Shown here one piece after another: positions 59,754 through 64,000 of a DNA stretch of 64,000 nt; within the stretch, counting starts at the first letter, position 1; each line of letters opens with the position of its first letter. The notes beneath the pieces were generated by a model that made no database searches, was not told the origin of the DNA, and saw nothing but the letters and a program-made list of their open reading frames with translations. This stretch comes from a bacterium. Lineage in GTDB: Bacteria; Patescibacteriota; Dojkabacteria; SC72. A program made the position numbers and the translations under genes. The DNA is taken from contig JAIORF010000005.1 of assembly GCA_021108295.1 (NCBI GenBank), positions 72,531 to 136,530 on the forward strand. The letters run 5' to 3'.

Positions 59754-60218
59754 CTAACCACTATGTGCGACAATATGCAACCAATTCTCCTTCAACCAAC
59801 CCTCACTCTGCCCTAATATACCGCCCAAACCCCTCTCTACCATCTCTCTTTTTACAACACCCCCCTGATGAGGATATTTGTAAAGTCTCTTTAGTGGAGA
59901 ATTAAAACCATGAGTGTAATGACACAACTCGTGAGCAATTGTTGAAATAAGGAGATATTCTGGAATCAAACTATCCTGGAAATACTTTGTAAGGACAACA
60001 ATAGAGACACTCTGTACATCCTGACTCAATATCTCCTCCTCATACTCCCTCAGTAAAGACTTAACCTTTGTTTTCTCCCTCGCATACTTAATACACCCAA
60101 GCTGTCTCTTAGAATACTTACCAAACTTAGCAAGAACAAAATTCCTCCTTGGAACATCACTAAAATACTCATCCCATACATCGTACAACAAGTTTTGAAG
60201 GTAAAGATTGTCTCGCAC
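59754..60218 (-). CDS. SprT-like HExxH zinc metallopeptidase (likely start GTG 60218)
   Basis: TIAHELCHYTHG..PHQG; RQLG. Confidence 0.7.
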   Translation of the reverse strand: MRDNLYLQNLLYDVWDEYFSDVPRRNFVLAKFGKYSKRQLGCIKYAREKTKVKSLLREYEEEILSQDVQSVSIVVLTKYFQDSLIPEYLLISTIAHELCHYTHGFNSPLKRLYKYPHQGGVVKREMVERGLGGILGQSEGWLKENWLHIVAHSG

Positions 60219-60258
60219 TTCTAGATTAGAATGAATTAAAATGATATTGTATATTAAC

Positions 60259-62073
60259 ATGAACAAGCGTATCAAAGAAAAACTTAAAACACTCAGAGAG
60301 GTAGTAGCATTCTTCTACGGAAGATATACCATATGGGTAGTACTAAGAGATATACTTTTTATAGCTATCACTGTAGCAGAAATGTACAACATTAAAGTAA
60401 TGGGTAACTTTCTAGACAGTATGTCGGTACTACTAGAAACTGGAGTAGAAGAATTCCATATACAAGAATTTGTACCTACAGACGCATTCTTCTTCCTCAT
60501 GATGACACTACTACTTTGGATAGTGATAAATATTGGGAACAAAGTAAGAGCCAATATCTATGAAAATATGAACGATAGAATATGGTCTGACTGTAACTTA
60601 GGGATGGTTAACAAAATATCCAAGTCAAACCTTCAAGGCATTATGGACCCAGAATTTCAAGACCTTGTAACATATGTACCAGCATATTCAATTGACAATA
60701 TGATTCTCTCATACCAAGCATTCTCAAATATCGTGTCACAAGGTATAAGATTGGCAACATCTCTTACCATCATGTTCATAGATATGCGACTCTCAATCCT
60801 CTTCCTTGCAATCTTTGTACTACCAGAAGTAATAGTAGGATATATTCAAAGAAAGAAGATCAGAACATACAATACAGAAGAAGTAGGTAGACTCAAACTT
60901 GTAAACTACCTCTCAACACTAGCTACAAACAACAAATTCTTCAGTGAACTGCGAGTAGACGACACATTCAGATACATCAAAAATACACTAAAGAATGAAG
61001 ACTACGAATTTCAAAGAGGACTCTTTGAAAGAAGAAAACACCTCTACATAGATACGATAGCGGCATCGGTATTTGGACAGATATTCAAATATGGATATCT
61101 CATATACATCATAGGGTACTCTCTTGTAAAAAGACTTACCATCGGTTCATTCTCAGCCCTCTTTAACTACACCACAGTCGCATACAACAGTGCTTTCAGA
61201 ATATTTGACACTGTAGCGCTACTCTCACACAGACTCTCATACGCCTCCAACTTCTTTAACCTTGTACAATGGAAAGGATTTGGCGATATCAAATATGGGA
61301 CAAAGAAATTACCAGAAGAGAATTTCACTCTTAAATTTGACGACTTAGACTTTGCATATCCAGATAAGCCAGAACGAAAGGTATTAGAAAATATCAACCT
61401 AGAAATCCAACCAGGAGAAAAAGTAGCATTCTTAGGAGGAGATAGCTCAGGAAAAAGTAGTCTAGTTAAACTACTAACAGGAATGTACGAGATTCTAGTA
61501 GGCGACTATGTAATAAGTGGGTACTCAATTAGAGAACTCAAGAGAGGAGAACTTAAGAAACATATCTCCGTAGTCTTCCAAAACTTCATAAACTACAACT
61601 TCTCTTTAGAAAAAAACATTACCATAGGACTTGATAGAAAAAATATTGACAGAGAACTCTATGAAAAAGCGCTTAAGATTACGGGTCTCGATAGGTTGAT
61701 AAAGAAAGACGGAATAGATAGTAAGGAAATTTTGGGAAGACACTTCTTAGACGGTCGTGAACTCTCCCCTGGATATTGGCAGAGAATAGCGATTGCAAGA
61801 ATGTTGTATAGAAATAAAGAGATTTTCATCATGGATGAGCCATTCACATTCATAGACAGTAAATCAAAATCAAAAATGGTAGAAGGTATCATAGATTTTG
61901 TAGGTAAAAAGAGAATTCTCATATACATAACACGAAGTACAGAAGATTTAGAAAAATTCGATAGAGTATACTACTTCAAAAATGGCCATATGGTTGAATC
62001 CGGTACCTGGAAAGAATTATTAAAGAAAAAAGGTAAAACATATAAAGGAACGAAAGTTAAGAAAAAGAAATGA
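60259..62073 (+). CDS. ABC transporter, fused permease and ATPase
   Basis: TM domain; GGDSSGKSS Walker A, LSPGYWQR signature variant, IMDEP. Confidence 0.88.
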   Translation: MNKRIKEKLKTLREVVAFFYGRYTIWVVLRDILFIAITVAEMYNIKVMGNFLDSMSVLLETGVEEFHIQEFVPTDAFFFLMMTLLLWIVINIGNKVRANIYENMNDRIWSDCNLGMVNKISKSNLQGIMDPEFQDLVTYVPAYSIDNMILSYQAFSNIVSQGIRLATSLTIMFIDMRLSILFLAIFVLPEVIVGYIQRKKIRTYNTEEVGRLKLVNYLSTLATNNKFFSELRVDDTFRYIKNTLKNEDYEFQRGLFERRKHLYIDTIAASVFGQIFKYGYLIYIIGYSLVKRLTIGSFSALFNYTTVAYNSAFRIFDTVALLSHRLSYASNFFNLVQWKGFGDIKYGTKKLPEENFTLKFDDLDFAYPDKPERKVLENINLEIQPGEKVAFLGGDSSGKSSLVKLLTGMYEILVGDYVISGYSIRELKRGELKKHISVVFQNFINYNFSLEKNITIGLDRKNIDRELYEKALKITGLDRLIKKDGIDSKEILGRHFLDGRELSPGYWQRIAIARMLYRNKEIFIMDEPFTFIDSKSKSKMVEGIIDFVGKKRILIYITRSTEDLEKFDRVYYFKNGHMVESGTWKELLKKKGKTYKGTKVKKKK

Positions 62074-62135
62074 TTGTATAGAACCCTGCATATCCTGTAA
62101 AATATAGGAAGAAATATTTAACAAAGGGTCAAATA

Positions 62136-63002
62136 ATGACAATATTAGATGGAAAGACAACATCAGAAGAGATTTTAGATAAGCTAAGGAGTGAAATCTC
62201 TGATATGGTTGACAATTGTAGTAGAATTCCAAGACTCGACATCATAATGGTAGGTAACGATTTCGCAGGTGAGAAATATGTCGCTATGAAAGAGAAAAAA
62301 GGGAAGGATTTGGGAATAAAGGTGGTAGTCCATAAGTTTGAGAACAGTGTAGAAGAAAAAGAGATAATAGAACTAATTAACAAACTTAATAAAGATTCTC
62401 TAGTAGATGGAATAATGGTACAACTACCACTTCCCAGAGAGTACAAAACCTTCAACACTAAATCAATACTAGAAAGTATCGATGTCACTAAGGATGTAGA
62501 CGGACTAACATATGCCTCCCTCGGTTGGATTTGGAACGAAAGAGAAGGAATGGGCTCTGCTACACCCACTGGTATTATCTCTTTACTTCGTGAGTATGAC
62601 ATAGACCTCATAGGTAAAGATGTAGTAGTTCTGGGTAGGAGTAAGGTCGTAGGACTTCCTCTGGCTGCAATGTTTCTTAAAAGAGATTGTACAGTTACAA
62701 TAGCGCATTCTAAGACAGAAAACCTTACAGATATATGTAAGAAAGCAGACATCCTCGCAGTAGCTATTGGTAAACCACAATATATTACCTCAGAATTTGT
62801 AAAAGAGGACGCAATTGTCATAGATATAGGTACAAACCGAGACTACGAAGGAAATCTTGTAGGTGATGTTGATTTTGACGATGTAAAAAACAAATGCGAA
62901 TATATTACCCCTGTACCCGGAGGCATAGGTCCCATGACTATAGCATCTCTCTTTTCTAATTTAGTAAAAACATACAAGAAGAATGTTGCAAGACACAGAT
63001 AA
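62136..63002 (+). CDS. folD: Methylenetetrahydrofolate dehydrogenase/cyclohydrolase
   Basis: [37 protein letters not shown]. Confidence 0.97.
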   Translation: MTILDGKTTSEEILDKLRSEISDMVDNCSRIPRLDIIMVGNDFAGEKYVAMKEKKGKDLGIKVVVHKFENSVEEKEIIELINKLNKDSLVDGIMVQLPLPREYKTFNTKSILESIDVTKDVDGLTYASLGWIWNEREGMGSATPTGIISLLREYDIDLIGKDVVVLGRSKVVGLPLAAMFLKRDCTVTIAHSKTENLTDICKKADILAVAIGKPQYITSEFVKEDAIVIDIGTNRDYEGNLVGDVDFDDVKNKCEYITPVPGGIGPMTIASLFSNLVKTYKKNVARHR

Positions 63003-64000
63003 CCCAATATACGACCTAATAGCGAAAGAAAAGAAAAGACAAATAGAAGGTATAGAACTAATTGCCTCAGAAAACTATACAAGCACTTCAGTACTCCAAG
63101 CCATGGGCTCAATTCTTACCAACAAATACTCTGAAGGATACCCCTCTAAAAGATACTACAGAGGTAACCAATATATCGATCAAATAGAAAATATTGCAAT
63201 TGATAGAGCGAAAGAACTTTTCAAAGTAGATCATGTAAATGTACAACCATGCTCAGGTTCTTCTGCGAACTTTGCAGTACATTTAGCATTCCTTAATGTT
63301 GGAGATAGGACAATGGGTATGTCACTTGATGCTGGTGGACACCTCACTCATGGATCTAAAGTCTCAGTATCAGGCAAATATTTCGACTCAGTTAATTACG
63401 GTGTAGGCGACAACGGCTTTATCAATTACGACCAAGTAAGAAAGATAGCACTAGACCATAGACCAAAATTAATATGGACTGGACTTTCTGCGTACTCAAG
63501 AGTAATAGATTGGAAAGAATTTAGGAAAATAGCTGATGAGGTAGGAGCAATACTAATTGCTGATATTGCACACATTGCAGGACTTATAGCCACTGGACAC
63601 TACCCATCTCCTGTACCACACGCAGATGTCATTACAACAACAACCCACAAGACGCTAAGAGGTCCTAGAGGGGCAATGATCATGTGTAATGAACAATATG
63701 CAGAATCCATAGATAAAGCTGTGTTTCCAGGTACTCAGGGAGGTCCACACAACCACACTATAGCCGCCATAGCAGTAGCTCTCAAAGAGGCTAGTACAGA
63801 AGAATTTAAAAAATATTCTCAACAAGTAATACTTAATGCTAAGAAACTTGCAGATGAATTAACTAAAAAAGGCTACACCATTGTATCTGGTGGTACAGAC
63901 AATCATCTAATGCTCACAGATGTCCTAAAAAGTGTCAACCTAAGTGGGAAGGAAGCAAGCTTAGCTCTTGAATGTGCAAACATTACTGTAAACAAAAACG
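62983..64000 (+). CDS. glyA: Serine hydroxymethyltransferase (runs off window end)
   Basis: Manual translation from ATG 62983: [43 protein letters not shown]. Confidence 0.97.
   Translation, partial: MLQDTDNPIYDLIAKEKKRQIEGIELIASENYTSTSVLQAMGSILTNKYSEGYPSKRYYRGNQYIDQIENIAIDRAKELFKVDHVNVQPCSGSSANFAVHLAFLNVGDRTMGMSLDAGGHLTHGSKVSVSGKYFDSVNYGVGDNGFINYDQVRKIALDHRPKLIWTGLSAYSRVIDWKEFRKIADEVGAILIADIAHIAGLIATGHYPSPVPHADVITTTTHKTLRGPRGAMIMCNEQYAESIDKAVFPGTQGGPHNHTIAAIAVALKEASTEEFKKYSQQVILNAKKLADELTKKGYTIVSGGTDNHLMLTDVLKSVNLSGKEASLALECANITVNKN

Overview
Low-GC bacterial chromosome segment starting at the dnaA/rpmH-rnpA-yidD-yidC-jag locus. The gene content and divergent sequences suggest a reduced Patescibacteria/CPR-type genome (inference), using genetic code 11. 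Core genes include rnj, valS, metG, rpoD, rsmA, dnaG, ftsK, rpoBC-rpsL-rpsG, rplY, hrcA-grpE-dnaK, murJ, groES/groEL, folD and a partial glyA, plus two tRNAs and three degenerate CIRCE operators. No integrase, transposase or CRISPR array was seen. The most notable observations are: (1) a sawtooth G/T-to-C/A strand asymmetry that flips at small accessory-gene insertions regardless of gene orientation; (2) three self-contained minus-strand mini-cassettes (promoter, strong SD, unrelated small ORF, related 3' hairpin) in a region whose core genes look largely leaderless; (3) a duplicated promoter/leader in front of consecutive accessory genes; and (4) several apparent pseudo-enzymes, including a dead-S24 XRE repressor next to an HExxH protease, a degenerate WecA-like protein and an SDR-DUF4012 fusion. 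All calls come from motif recognition by eye; no searches were run.
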